Shown here: one piece after another, positions 44,841-55,300 of the stretch
How positions within the stretch are numbered: the first letter of the stretch is position 1
Layout: each line of letters begins with the position of its first letter
Origin: an uncultured Gammaproteobacteria bacterium
GTDB taxonomy: Bacteria > Patescibacteriota > Patescibacteriia > Magasanikbacterales > GWA2-37-8
Length of the DNA stretch: 61,770 bases
Assembly (NCBI GenBank): GCA_964444705.1
Contig: CAYUHX010000005.1
Coordinates: 1 to 61,770, forward strand
Direction: 5' to 3'
Program-made: the position numbers and the translations under genes
Notes under the pieces: model-generated
What the model was told of the DNA's origin: nothing
The model's database searches: none
The model's input: the letters and a program-made list of their open reading frames with translations, nothing else

Positions 44841-46305
44841 ATGCAATACATCTCCATTTAAAAACTAAAATAAGCGGATAGACGGTAATAGTTAAAAAAA
44901 TACACCAAAAAAAAGACAAATGTGACACATTGTTATGTGCCAATGCTTGCCAGACATAAAAACCAAGTGGAGCTATACCAAGGAATAAGACAAAACGATC
45001 GAAGAGAATCTCATCATAAATCACGAAAAGAACACCTAGTAGGGGTAGAACCCACGCTCCATACCAAGGCCAAAATGATTTTTGCCATACAAACAGGAAT
45101 ACCAATAAAGTGATGAGAATAGCTGTAAAAAATCTCTGTGACGACCAATGAACACGATGACGAAAAATTAACCATGCTTCTTTCGCCAAAGGCCACAACA
45201 AAAAACTTGCAATACACACCACCATACCGTGCACCAATCCGGTAAGTAGTAGATGTGAAAATGTAACTCCAAGTGCTTGACTGATAAATTCTAATGAATA
45301 ATAAAAGGTTGCAAAGAGACTAGACACCGCCCATTTTGATTGCGTTATTAATGTATCAAATACTCTTAGCCCTACCCAATATGGCCGCCATGCAACAAAA
45401 GTAACAAGAAAACTTAAAAAAAATCCCAGACCCAACTGCACAATCTGCCGTTGCCAGTTTGTTTTTTTTATTTCTTGCCACCACCAAAGTAAAAACCACG
45501 GAACGAGCAATACGGGAATAAACTTAACCCATACACCTAGCGCAAGCAAAGGAAATACAAGCCACCAGTGGTGTTTTTTTGCAGCAAGAAAAGAACCACT
45601 TAACGCCAAAAGCCATACACTATCAAAATGTCCATTCACTATCCATTCCCACAACAATAACGGCTGTAAAAACCATATTTTTTGGATATATAATCGACGT
45701 TCTGAAGTTAAAAAATCGTCATTAAAAAAAACATGTTCAATAACGTAACCCAAAACTACGAACATAAAAACCATGAAGGTTTTCCATAAAAAAATAAACC
45801 ACCACATTGAACCACTGCTTATATAATAAGCAATTTTAAACAAATCAATCGCAAGTGGTCCATACATACTTCCGTACGTAAAACTTGATTGTGGTGGAGA
45901 AAAAAAAGGATTTTCCAAAAGCCATGAATTCGTATAAAGATTTTTACCACCCGCAGCTGCTTTACCGCTGCTGAAATAATATTCAATATCTCCTGAAGAG
46001 AACGGCACTACTAAAAACGCACACAACACAACAAAAAAAATCATTTTTTTATGACCTCCAACAAAAAAATTATTGTCCTTATTTTTAGAGAAAAAAAACC
46101 AAAGAGCACTTATACATACGATAAAGATTCCAATTAGGCCCGCACGGATATAGTCATTGAAAGGCACACAGGTTGGCCAGGCGGAAAGAAAATAACACTC
46201 TTTCTGACTAAGGAAATGAAAAAAAATAATGGGGGTTACCAAAGCGGCACTTCCCCACCCCACCAAACCTAACCACAACGCCCATTTACAGATGAAGCGT
46301 TTCAT
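44827..46305 (-). CDS. polytopic membrane protein, GT-C-like (DUF2029/GT87-like mannosyltransferase type)
   Basis: 492 aa, more than 12 TM and Trp-rich loops (WVKFIPVLLVPWFLLWWW). Sits in a module with a Dpm1-like synthase and a methyltransferase. Confidence 0.5.
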   Translation of the reverse strand: MKRFICKWALWLGLVGWGSAALVTPIIFFHFLSQKECYFLSAWPTCVPFNDYIRAGLIGIFIVCISALWFFFSKNKDNNFFVGGHKKMIFFVVLCAFLVVPFSSGDIEYYFSSGKAAAGGKNLYTNSWLLENPFFSPPQSSFTYGSMYGPLAIDLFKIAYYISSGSMWWFIFLWKTFMVFMFVVLGYVIEHVFFNDDFLTSERRLYIQKIWFLQPLLLWEWIVNGHFDSVWLLALSGSFLAAKKHHWWLVFPLLALGVWVKFIPVLLVPWFLLWWWQEIKKTNWQRQIVQLGLGFFLSFLVTFVAWRPYWVGLRVFDTLITQSKWAVSSLFATFYYSLEFISQALGVTFSHLLLTGLVHGMVVCIASFLLWPLAKEAWLIFRHRVHWSSQRFFTAILITLLVFLFVWQKSFWPWYGAWVLPLLGVLFVIYDEILFDRFVLFLGIAPLGFYVWQALAHNNVSHLSFFWCIFLTITVYPLILVFKWRCIAYVVN

Positions 46306-46308
46306 ACA

Positions 46309-47043
46309 TTATTTATTTTTTTGAGCAACACCCAAAAGTGAAAGACCCCACGGCAATGAACGAAAATGCGCAAACCAAGCAATTTCAAAAAAATATATTT
46401 TTTTCATGAGTATATTTATCAGTGAATTTGCTGGTCGAACATCTGATTCTTGCTTCTGAGTAACCACCCCTCGGCGAAATAAACGAACAAAAATGGCCGG
46501 CAACAAAATCACACAATGAATCCACTGTACTTCAACATTCACAAACGCAGTGCTCAATAGCTTATTAAATTCTGCCTTAGTATAGCGCCGCACATGATGC
46601 AGAGCCACATCATGATATGACCACAAAAAAGGATGTGCAGGCACAGTCGCAATAAAAATTCCACCCGGCTTTAACACGCGCTTTATTTCAACCACCGCTC
46701 GCTCATGAACACTCACATGCTCAAGCACATCACAGGCAAGCACAGCATCAAAGTAGTTATCAGGAAATTCTAACGCATCTGCTAAACCACTTTTTACACA
46801 CAATTTTTTTTGACGACAAAATGATAAGGCATCTTGACTCATATCAACCCCTTCAGCCTCATAGCCCTCATGCTGCAAAAAATCAATAATGGCCCCCGTG
46901 CCGCAGCCGACATCTAAAATTCGTTTTTTTTCACCAGAAGAGAAAAACCTACGAAGCGTATATTTCAAAAAATTTCTCTTTGCCACAAACCACCAATGAT
47001 TTTTTTCTATCTTTTCCATTTTTTGATATTCAGCAACCTCCAT
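46309..47043 (-). CDS. class-I SAM-dependent methyltransferase
   Basis: Motif I RILDVGCGTGAI, post-I EGVDMS, LKPGGIF. Hydrophobic C-terminal tail. Confidence 0.8.
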   Translation of the reverse strand: MEVAEYQKMEKIEKNHWWFVAKRNFLKYTLRRFFSSGEKKRILDVGCGTGAIIDFLQHEGYEAEGVDMSQDALSFCRQKKLCVKSGLADALEFPDNYFDAVLACDVLEHVSVHERAVVEIKRVLKPGGIFIATVPAHPFLWSYHDVALHHVRRYTKAEFNKLLSTAFVNVEVQWIHCVILLPAIFVRLFRRGVVTQKQESDVRPANSLINILMKKIYFFEIAWFAHFRSLPWGLSLLGVAQKNK

Positions 47044-47054
47044 ACAAATAATAC

Positions 47055-47777
47055 CTAACGATATAATCCCATGAGTTGATTAAATTTCATTTCAAACAAC
47101 TCCTTAAGCGAACTCACCACTGCCTTCCAGACAGTTACCTTAGAATCAGCGTCATGAGCCCAAACTACCGGCATTTGACGTATGTGCAAACCATGTAGAT
47201 GGGCAATATACAAAAGCTCCGTATCAAACCCCCAACGATCAATGCGTGCACGCTGAAAAATAATTTCAGCTGCCTCTCTTGAAAATGCTTTAAAACCACA
47301 GGTAAAATCGGTAATTCCTGGTACCAAAAAATTTGAAATCTTAGTAAATCCATGGCCAAGAAAAGTGCGTATCGATGATTCGCTTTTTGTAATAGCAGAC
47401 GACGCAAGCCGTCGACTACCAACAACAATCTGATCATCAGGATTCATAAAATCGAGCAGATGATCAAATTCAGTAAGTGGCGTAGCAAGATCAATATCAA
47501 AAAAAATGATCCATTTTCCTCGTGCATGTAAAGCGCCTTGCCGCACTGCATAACCCTTCCCTCTATTCAAAGGATAACTCACAAGAGCAAATTCATATGT
47601 ATTTTTGAAACCAAGCAGCACCTCCTCTGTACGATCACGCGAACCATCATTCACAAAAATGATTTCTGTGCTCAATTTTTTTGATCTAAAAAAGTTAAAA
47701 ATTTCATCAATGTGCGGAGGAATTCGTCGCTCTTCATTGTAGACTGGTATCACTATTGAAAAATCAATCATGTCCAT
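47055..47777 (-). CDS. polyprenyl-phosphate sugar synthase (Dpm1/GtrB-like GT2)
   Basis: IVIPVYNEERRI, IIFVNDGSRDRT, GKGYAVRQG, FFDIDLATP. 240 aa. Confidence 0.8.
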   Translation of the reverse strand: MDMIDFSIVIPVYNEERRIPPHIDEIFNFFRSKKLSTEIIFVNDGSRDRTEEVLLGFKNTYEFALVSYPLNRGKGYAVRQGALHARGKWIIFFDIDLATPLTEFDHLLDFMNPDDQIVVGSRRLASSAITKSESSIRTFLGHGFTKISNFLVPGITDFTCGFKAFSREAAEIIFQRARIDRWGFDTELLYIAHLHGLHIRQMPVVWAHDADSKVTVWKAVVSSLKELFEMKFNQLMGLYR

Positions 47778-47792
47778 AAAATGAAAAACGTA

Positions 47793-49862
47793 TTATTTAA
47801 CTGTTGAAGAAATCGGAGTGGTGCTATTAATTCCAATTTGCTTCAAGATGTTTTTTTCTTGATCTGTAAATAAAACTTCATTCTTTTTCGCCAAAAGCAT
47901 TACCTCATCCACTTTTGGTAACTGTTGAGTAATCTTATATACATATGCTAACCGCCAATAACTTTCAGCAATACGTGGATTATCTGAAATGGCTGCCTCA
48001 AGAAGCTTCACCGCATCTTGCCATTTGCCCAGTTGAGCCTTCACTCCCACCAAATTATAAACAAGCTGTTGTCGACGCGGAGAATAAGCCAGCGCTTGTT
48101 CTAAATAAAATTCACTTTTTGCAAGATACTTGGGATCATTATTAATAAGAAGACCAAGCTGCATTAGTTGCGACAAGCTCAAATGAACACGAACATCAAG
48201 TGGGTGAAGTACCAAATTTTTTTCCAACTCGAGAATCATAAGATCCAAAATTTGATTACTTTTTTCTTTACCTATTTTTTGATAATTATTACTGAGTAAG
48301 CTATATACTCCACGACTAATATCATTACGAATATCATCAATATGAGGAGAACTAAAAGCCAACGCCTCTTGCATGGAAATAAACGCTTCATTTGGATTTT
48401 GTCCCAAAGCTACAAGAGTATGTAATGTTTTAGTATTGGCCCGCGCAGGTTGCAGGTTAAAAATAAATACCGCACAAAAACCTACCACCCCCAAAACTAC
48501 GAGTGTTCCAGTTCCACACACCGCATCAGCTGACGCAGGTATAATTTTTTTAAGCACATCTTCCTTGAGAGAAAAAGTGGATGATTTATAAGAAACGCTA
48601 TTTATAAAAGCAAGCCAAAACATGAAGTATAAATACGAGGTTGGGTTTTCAAATACTGTGATATTTTGTACTAAATGTGCAATCAAAAACACACTTCCAA
48701 TCACCAGCATGTGGGCATCAATCGTTTTCTTGGCATATGCTGAGTAGAGAATCCAAATTGCCACCACAAAAATGGCTATATAGGTCACAAGGCCGATTAC
48801 ACCCTGCACAGCCAATGTATTCACTAAAATGTTGTGTGCATTATCAAACCAAGTTTCACTATAGCCAAACTCGAGCGAACGAGGGTTATAATGCTGATTG
48901 AACGCATAGAAAAAATTATTTGGTCCCCAACCAAACAAAGGGTGGTCTTTAAAACTTTCTAGGGCAATCTTCCAAGCGATAATGCGAGGACCACCAACCA
49001 ATTCGTTCAATGAGGTATTAAAAGTACGGTCAAGAATCACCACGCGATGAACAAAATTTGAATCTCGATTAAAAAACAGCAACACCACAAGCGCAACGAG
49101 GACTCCCCCACTAATCCAAAGTGTATGACGTACCCTTGGATATTCTTTTAACACAAAAGAATACACAGTTACACCATACATAATACCAGCCACAAGCCCC
49201 AGCATAGAGCCGCGAGTGCCACTAAACACCAAACCTAATAGCGCCAACACCCCCGCCAAAGCATACACAATTTTTCTTCCAATTGTTTTTTCTTTTAGAA
49301 GAAGAAGGCACGAAACAGCAGTCAAAAAAAGTCCATAACCACCGACATAAATTGAATTACCAAGACTACTCGCTACCCGCAAACTACCTTGATTCAAAAG
49401 TAAATCCGGCAAAAATACCTGCAACACACCAATAGCCATCACAACCGAACCAGCAATCAAAAAAATATTCAAAGCTCTCTTCCAGTCAGCCCAGTTTTTA
49501 AAAAGGCTAGTTATCATGAGGTAATACACTACGTAATGAGCTAGGGTAAAAAGTCCTAACATACGCTCATGATTGTCCCAAAAACTATGATATGAATCAA
49601 CGCCAAAAAAAGTAGACAGTAAAAAACTAACTAAAAAAAGAACAACTGCAATGGTCAAGTTTGTTCTCTTTGGCACATATTCCTTCCAGTTGATAATTAA
49701 AAGTCCGCAGTATCCCGCACACATGAGCTCAACCAATGAACGAAATACTAAAATTTTAGGGACAATAAAAGGAAAAATAAATGATGAAGGAAATACTAAT
49801 AATGGTACAAAAAAAGTACCATATGCTAAAATTTTTAGACAAGTTTCGAGAATTTTTTTCAC
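47793..49862 (-). CDS. O-antigen ligase/polymerase-family (Wzy_C) membrane protein with C-terminal TPR domain
   Basis: About 11 TM. SGTRGSMLGLVAGI and WFDNAHNILVNTLAVQG (Wzy_C hallmarks). The C-terminal ~250 aa have TPR-like repeats (..EQALAYSPRRQQLVYNLVGV..AISDNPRIAESYWRLAYVY). GTG start. Confidence 0.75.
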   Translation of the reverse strand: MKKILETCLKILAYGTFFVPLLVFPSSFIFPFIVPKILVFRSLVELMCAGYCGLLIINWKEYVPKRTNLTIAVVLFLVSFLLSTFFGVDSYHSFWDNHERMLGLFTLAHYVVYYLMITSLFKNWADWKRALNIFLIAGSVVMAIGVLQVFLPDLLLNQGSLRVASSLGNSIYVGGYGLFLTAVSCLLLLKEKTIGRKIVYALAGVLALLGLVFSGTRGSMLGLVAGIMYGVTVYSFVLKEYPRVRHTLWISGGVLVALVVLLFFNRDSNFVHRVVILDRTFNTSLNELVGGPRIIAWKIALESFKDHPLFGWGPNNFFYAFNQHYNPRSLEFGYSETWFDNAHNILVNTLAVQGVIGLVTYIAIFVVAIWILYSAYAKKTIDAHMLVIGSVFLIAHLVQNITVFENPTSYLYFMFWLAFINSVSYKSSTFSLKEDVLKKIIPASADAVCGTGTLVVLGVVGFCAVFIFNLQPARANTKTLHTLVALGQNPNEAFISMQEALAFSSPHIDDIRNDISRGVYSLLSNNYQKIGKEKSNQILDLMILELEKNLVLHPLDVRVHLSLSQLMQLGLLINNDPKYLAKSEFYLEQALAYSPRRQQLVYNLVGVKAQLGKWQDAVKLLEAAISDNPRIAESYWRLAYVYKITQQLPKVDEVMLLAKKNEVLFTDQEKNILKQIGINSTTPISSTVK

Positions 49863-49924
49863 ACTAAAAATGATAATTCATTAATAAAATTGAGTTTAGT
49901 GTAGAGCACCCTGCTTAATAAGTC

Positions 49925-49957
49925 AAATAAAAAACCACATATATTTTTATGCGGTTG
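49925..49957 (-). terminator. rho-independent terminator downstream of the 743-aa gene (coordinates +/-1)
   Basis: Minus strand: AACCGCAT, aaaaatat, ATGTGGTT, TTTTTTATTT (8-bp stem with one G-U). Confidence 0.55.
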
Positions 49958-50035
49958 TTTACCCCCCTCCTTCTCCAAATTTAGAAAAAGTATACCACAT
50001 CATTCTTTTTTAATCTAATGTCCTATGTGGATAAC

Positions 50036-52267
50036 TTAGTTATTATTTGTTGAGAAATAAGCCCTATTTAGCCTGTTTGCCTCCTCTATTCTTTTGTCTG
50101 CAACTAAAAAATCAATATATTCCTGGATTAATTTTTTATTAATTCTATTCGTACTATCCAACGTTTTTTTCATCATTTCTTCACCCATTGCCTTATTTTG
50201 AGCCACCATAAGAGGAAACGCCACAACCGCTTCCTCTTGACTAAACGAATATCCTTCTACGAATGCTTTAATAAAATGCTCTGCCGCCCGATCTTTTTCA
50301 CCAGCCTGCGTCAGGAGCAACGCATATAGAATTTGTGCTCGAGATGCCTGTGGATCTTCACTGAGTGCTGTCTCCGCAATTTTTAGCGCCTCATCTTTTT
50401 TTTCAAGCAGAAATTTAACACGTGCAAAACTAAATAAAATAGTTTGACGTTTAGAACTAAATGGAATGATATGTGTGGTATAAAATTCTTCAGCTTCCAT
50501 CAAATATTTTGGATTTTGCCAAAAGTCATACCCATCGACATAACTTCTCCCTAAAACCTCCGCCGCACGCACATCTTTTGGGTAGAGTGCTAAATATTTT
50601 TTAAGATCTGAAACACCAACACGATACATGTCTTGCGATAGTAAACGATATTGACTAAAAGGAAAATCTGGATGCTGATTAAGCCATGTCAGCAAAAATT
50701 GCCCGAAATCTAAATAAATATCACTTACATACGGATTGGGAATTTGAATCGCCCGCGCGTGTACAACAAGAGATTGCTTGAAATCAACCATGGCTTTGGT
50801 CGTTGCTTCAGCCGCCAGATTATCCGCTTTAGCGGGTAAAAAGGTGAAACGATACAACAGAGTTATACTTCCAACCACCATCGCGCTGCTGAGCACAAAC
50901 CGCACCAAACTGGTTACATTTTTCCCTCCAAGATACTGTTCTTTTTTGTGAAAAAACGGAATGATTAATGGCTCACGTTCTGGTGTGGAAAGAAGTGTTG
51001 CACCAGCAACTACCCAAAAAAAGGTTAAATACGACACCTGGTCTTCAAATGCAAACAAATTCGCCACAAAGTGCGCAACTAAAAACGAAATAAGCCCAGA
51101 CACAAACACACGCTCTGCAGAAGTCGAAGTGTAGTATTTTTTAAAAAGAACAAAAAACAACACGCCATAAAGCGCTACATATGCTACCACGCCCATAATA
51201 CCAGTCGTTGCAAGAGTGTTAAGAACAGTATTATGTGCATTGTCTACCCATTCTTCATGGGCTCCGAATCGCAAAAGCTCTGGTAAATAATGAGCGTTGG
51301 CGAGATCATAAAAATTTTCCCATCCCCAACCTGTCCACGGTCTCTCTTTCCAACCAAGATAAGCCATTTTCCAAAAAACAACACGAGTAGAATCTTCTCT
51401 AATCGCAGACACAAATCTATTCACCACTGGCAAATGGGGTGTTACGCCCGAATATGCCATAATTAAAATTGCAACCGGAAACATTACCACAAAAGCGATA
51501 AGACAGCTCACTACTTTTTTCTCTAAAGCGGAATGATTTTTTTCTAAAAGAAAAATTCCACCAGTCACTACTATGCCCGCTAAAAGACCAATAATAGCAC
51601 CACGGGTTTGAGTGTTGAACAAAATAAACAAACTCAAAAAACTCGCACCCAACCACTCCCATCGGCGAATATCTTCTTTTTTAAAAGAAAAATAAAAACA
51701 TGCCGAAGAAAAAAATAGAAAAAGAGCAAAATTTCCAAGATACACGGGATTTCCCAGTGTGGAAGCTACTCGATCTGAACCAAAATTATATAAAAACTGA
51801 GGAAAAATAAGCTGAACAATAGCCAGAAGCAGCACCAGCATTCCAATTCGAACAAACCAGCGCCAAAGCATTAGCCATTCTTCCTTAGTGAGAAAATAAA
51901 CCCAAACAATAAAAAATAACAGGTAATGAAACAAGGCAAAAAGACCAACCATGCGTTCTCCTCTACTCCACACACTTCGCCAAAAATCTACACCCAAGCA
52001 CGCTGACAAAAAAATGGCTGCATAAAAAAATAAAACCAGTAATGGAATGAAACTTTTGCGCAGTTTAAAGAAACCTGGATAATACACAAAACCAAAAAAA
52101 GCAGCCAGACCAGCCACTATTGCTAAAAATTGCAACAAAAATGCTTTAGGTAAAATAAATGGGAAGACTGAATGCGGTAAAACTACTAGTGGCAAAAAAA
52201 ATACTGCCAAGGTTGCACTAATAATAAAAAAATGCGAAATAGAAATTTTTTTAAACATAGCATGCAC
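50036..52267 (-). CDS. O-antigen ligase/polymerase-family (Wzy_C) membrane protein with C-terminal TPR domain (paralog)
   Basis: TQTRGAIIGLLAGI and WVDNAHNTVLNTLATTG. C-terminal TPR-like region (..ALKIAETALSEDPQASRAQILYALLL..). The start at 52267 is GTG; the ATG at 52258 (MFKKISI..) is equally possible. Confidence 0.75.
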   Translation of the reverse strand: MHAMFKKISISHFFIISATLAVFFLPLVVLPHSVFPFILPKAFLLQFLAIVAGLAAFFGFVYYPGFFKLRKSFIPLLVLFFYAAIFLSACLGVDFWRSVWSRGERMVGLFALFHYLLFFIVWVYFLTKEEWLMLWRWFVRIGMLVLLLAIVQLIFPQFLYNFGSDRVASTLGNPVYLGNFALFLFFSSACFYFSFKKEDIRRWEWLGASFLSLFILFNTQTRGAIIGLLAGIVVTGGIFLLEKNHSALEKKVVSCLIAFVVMFPVAILIMAYSGVTPHLPVVNRFVSAIREDSTRVVFWKMAYLGWKERPWTGWGWENFYDLANAHYLPELLRFGAHEEWVDNAHNTVLNTLATTGIMGVVAYVALYGVLFFVLFKKYYTSTSAERVFVSGLISFLVAHFVANLFAFEDQVSYLTFFWVVAGATLLSTPEREPLIIPFFHKKEQYLGGKNVTSLVRFVLSSAMVVGSITLLYRFTFLPAKADNLAAEATTKAMVDFKQSLVVHARAIQIPNPYVSDIYLDFGQFLLTWLNQHPDFPFSQYRLLSQDMYRVGVSDLKKYLALYPKDVRAAEVLGRSYVDGYDFWQNPKYLMEAEEFYTTHIIPFSSKRQTILFSFARVKFLLEKKDEALKIAETALSEDPQASRAQILYALLLTQAGEKDRAAEHFIKAFVEGYSFSQEEAVVAFPLMVAQNKAMGEEMMKKTLDSTNRINKKLIQEYIDFLVADKRIEEANRLNRAYFSTNNN

Positions 52268-52300
52268 TTAAATAACAATCGCTAGTATACAAGAGACCAA

Positions 52301-52337
52301 TAAAAAAACAACCCCCACCGATTTCTCGGTGGGGGTG
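52301..52337 (-). terminator. strong rho-independent terminator of the surface-protein gene
   Basis: Minus strand: ACCCCCACCG, agaaat, CGGTGGGGGT, then TGTTTTTTT. A second small hairpin, CTTTTGC-tta-GCAAAAG (52361-52377), lies just after the stop. Confidence 0.8.
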
Positions 52338-52380
52338 TTTTCACTATAGGAACCTCTCTACTTTTGCTAAGCAAAAGTGA

Positions 52381-55300
52381 TTAGTAGCTATAAGTCTGGC
52401 CGAACAAAGGCACTCCAGCAACAGGTGTTGCTGTGGTTGAACCATCGTTCCAATTGTATGATACCAATTGAGTGGTTAATTTCTCATTGTTGGTGGTATC
52501 ACTGAAATCAGTATCGGTGGTGTCAACTACTACGTACACTTTCTTCGCACCTGTGAAATCGTTATTGGCAGTCAATGCAATTTGAACACTATTACTTGCT
52601 CCAGTGTCAAGGCCAGAAACGGTAGCTGAACCCATCAAGTGGGCAGCATCAGGAGTGGCACTATCGTACAAGTAAACAGTAGTGGTGTTGTTTCCTGCAC
52701 TGTTGGCAATCAAACTGCCAGACAATGACACAGTCACGATGCCAAGAACACTGTTCTGAGAAGAACCAGGTTCAGCTTGTGAAGTGAAGGTAAATACACC
52801 AACTGGATCTAGTGTTTTAGTTGAATGACTAGGCGAAACGGTGTCGCTTTCAGCCACACTTACGCGTGTCTTGTAGAGAGTTTGAGCATTGATGTTTGAA
52901 CCATCAAAAGTCAAACTGTTGCTCGCTCCATAGTAAGTGGTGTTTGAAGATTCACCAAGTAAGATGAAGGAGTTGGTAAGAGTGCTTCCAGCTGAGAAGC
53001 GCAAACCGGTGTTAACTTTGTCGAAACCAATTTTAACCGCATCTCCAGAAGCAGCGCCTCCGTTGATGGTAGTCAAAGTGGCTCCTACGGTGATAAGGTT
53101 AGTTTGATCTCGTTGGAGATAACAACCAAGCTGACCGTTAGTTAAAGTAGCAATACCAGTAGTACTGTCAAAAGACAAAGTCTTTGTGAGAGTGGCACCA
53201 GCTTTATCTTTACAGGTGATAAAGGCTTTATCGATATCACGTGTATAGTTGGTGCTGTTCAAAGCTAACGCAACTCCGTTCAAGAAAAAGCTTTCTTGAG
53301 CAGGAGTTAATTTATATGTGGTAAAGGTCACAGGACCAGAACCAGATACAACACTATCAGCTTTTGGAGTAGATCCATCAACAGCGATGGTGATGCTTCC
53401 ACCAGTTCCTACCGTAAGATAGGTAATAGAACCAGCAGTTGCGTTCACGCGTGAACTACTGTTGTTGGTCACTGATTTACCTTCAAGAGTTTCCAAGTTC
53501 ATGTCGGTGCTTGGGAGAACATCAGCTGCTGTATAGGTAGTAGCAGAGATGGAATCTTTCAAACCGAATGAAACGATGAGTTTTTTAGCAACTCCAGCTG
53601 GAACGGTGTAGTTAAGGTTGTTGAAGGTGACATAGTAATATCCACCAGAACCAATGGTTCCAGAGAGATTACTTAAGTTTTGAGTTGCAAGAGGGGCTGC
53701 AGCACCTTCTTCCCAGAGGGAAACGGTGTTCACTACAGTGTTACCTGCGGTGTTACCTGCAGTGCTTCCATCAAGTGACGCAGTAAATGCGGTTGAAGAA
53801 GCATACACTCTCACGTTCATGCTGGTCACGCGAACAGCATCAGAGGTACCTGGGGTCAAGAGTAAGCCCAAAGCTTGCTGAGTTGCGCCTTTTACAACGC
53901 TGGCAGAAGCTGGAGGAGTAACTCGAGTAATGGTCAATTGAGCACCATTGATGGTCATGTTGTTGCCAGTCAAAGTGTTTGGCACAATGTTACTTGCGTC
54001 AACATACTGTGAGTTGTCAACATACTTAACGTAGTTGGTGCCACTCCAATCGATTTTGGTAAATACCTGGAAACCGGTGGTGATTGCACTGTCAATATCT
54101 GCAACTACTGCTAAGTGACGAGTTTGACCAGCGTTGATATCAAAGTTGTCAGTCAATACTTTATAGTAACCATTGCCACTTTGGGTGGTTCCGGTACCAA
54201 AGTTTGTTACTGGTCCAACCAAGACCTGGTTGTTGTTATCCAAATCTACGATCTTAACATTTTTGATTAAGTCATAGTTGGTAGAAGTGGTGTTAACCAC
54301 TCCGGCTGCATCAAGTAAGTACACCCAAATTTTGGTGCTCTTGACAGTGATGTTGTTTGCTGCACTGAAAGAGAATTTCTGGAGCTGAACATTGGTCACA
54401 TTGCGTGCAATTGTTCCTGCAGCAGGACCATTGTTAGCCAAAGTCAAATCTCCTCCGGTAACAGTGTAAGTCTGATCTCCGGTAGACCAACTGTTGGTGA
54501 GGTTAACACCAGCATTGTATTGGGTGTCCCAGAGCTGTACATCAGAAGATTGATCAACGTAGAATTTAACATTGTCATTTACGCGGCCACCTGAGATGTC
54601 AGCATACACATAAGCTGTTTTACTGTCACCTTTGGTGATAACGGTAGAAGTTGACAAAGTAAATACTGCTTTGTCTCCAGTCATTGAAGGAGTAGCAGCT
54701 ACTTGATTTCCACCTACAAATAATTTGAGGTTAGAAAGGTAACTGTTAGACAAAGATCCTCCGTTGGTAAGAGTGATGCCGGTCCATTTTACGTCGTAGG
54801 TTGCACTTCCTGCGTTAACAGTGAAGCGAGCAACTTCTGCTTGAGAAGCTCCTAAACGCATAGAACCGGTTGATCCAGAGTTATCAACGGTAACCGCTGA
54901 TACAGAAGAAGCACCAACTCTCATGATGTTTCCTACTACTCCAGTCACAGAAGCGCCGTTGACTGACACAACCTCAAAACCATCTTCATCGCCAGTGCCG
55001 GCGTTGGTGGTGTCGAGATCAGCAACGATGCGAAGTGTTTTGCTTTCGCCTGATTTAAGGGCGATTTTTAAGTTGCTAAAGGTAACTTTGTTGGTATCTG
55101 AAGCAACTGTTCGGCCACTCGTAAGACGGGTGTTACCATCGTATACATACACAGATGCGAGGTCGTTGGAAGATCCAAGACCAATACGATGAACCACAAG
55201 GTCGTTAAGAGTTAAGTCTCCGGCATTGGCTTTTACAACAAAGTGTAAAAAGTCTACTCCGGTGGCTTTTTGTGGGATGCCCATAGCAGCTGGATTGTCA

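Noticed and set aside
49863-50035. Tiny ORFs in the intergenic region on the minus strand (MMWYTFSKFGEGGG*, MWFFI*) as leader peptides.
   Set aside because: There is no supporting context such as an appropriately spaced RBS, conservation or an attenuator logic I can articulate. They probably arise by chance in an AT-rich spacer.
49861-50160. Apparent frameshift or non-canonical start. Hand-counting the printed lines 49861-50160 puts the start of 47793..49862 on TGG and the stop of 50036..52267 one nt off, and the 743-aa reading frame seems to slip at the 50160/50161 line break.
   Set aside because: The ORF track gives continuous ORFs. The plus-strand control ORF 49651..49884 agrees with the track, not with my count. 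The discrepancy is exactly one position and is confined to five printed lines. I treat it as a counting or display offset, not a pseudogene. My small-motif coordinates in this stretch may be off by 1.
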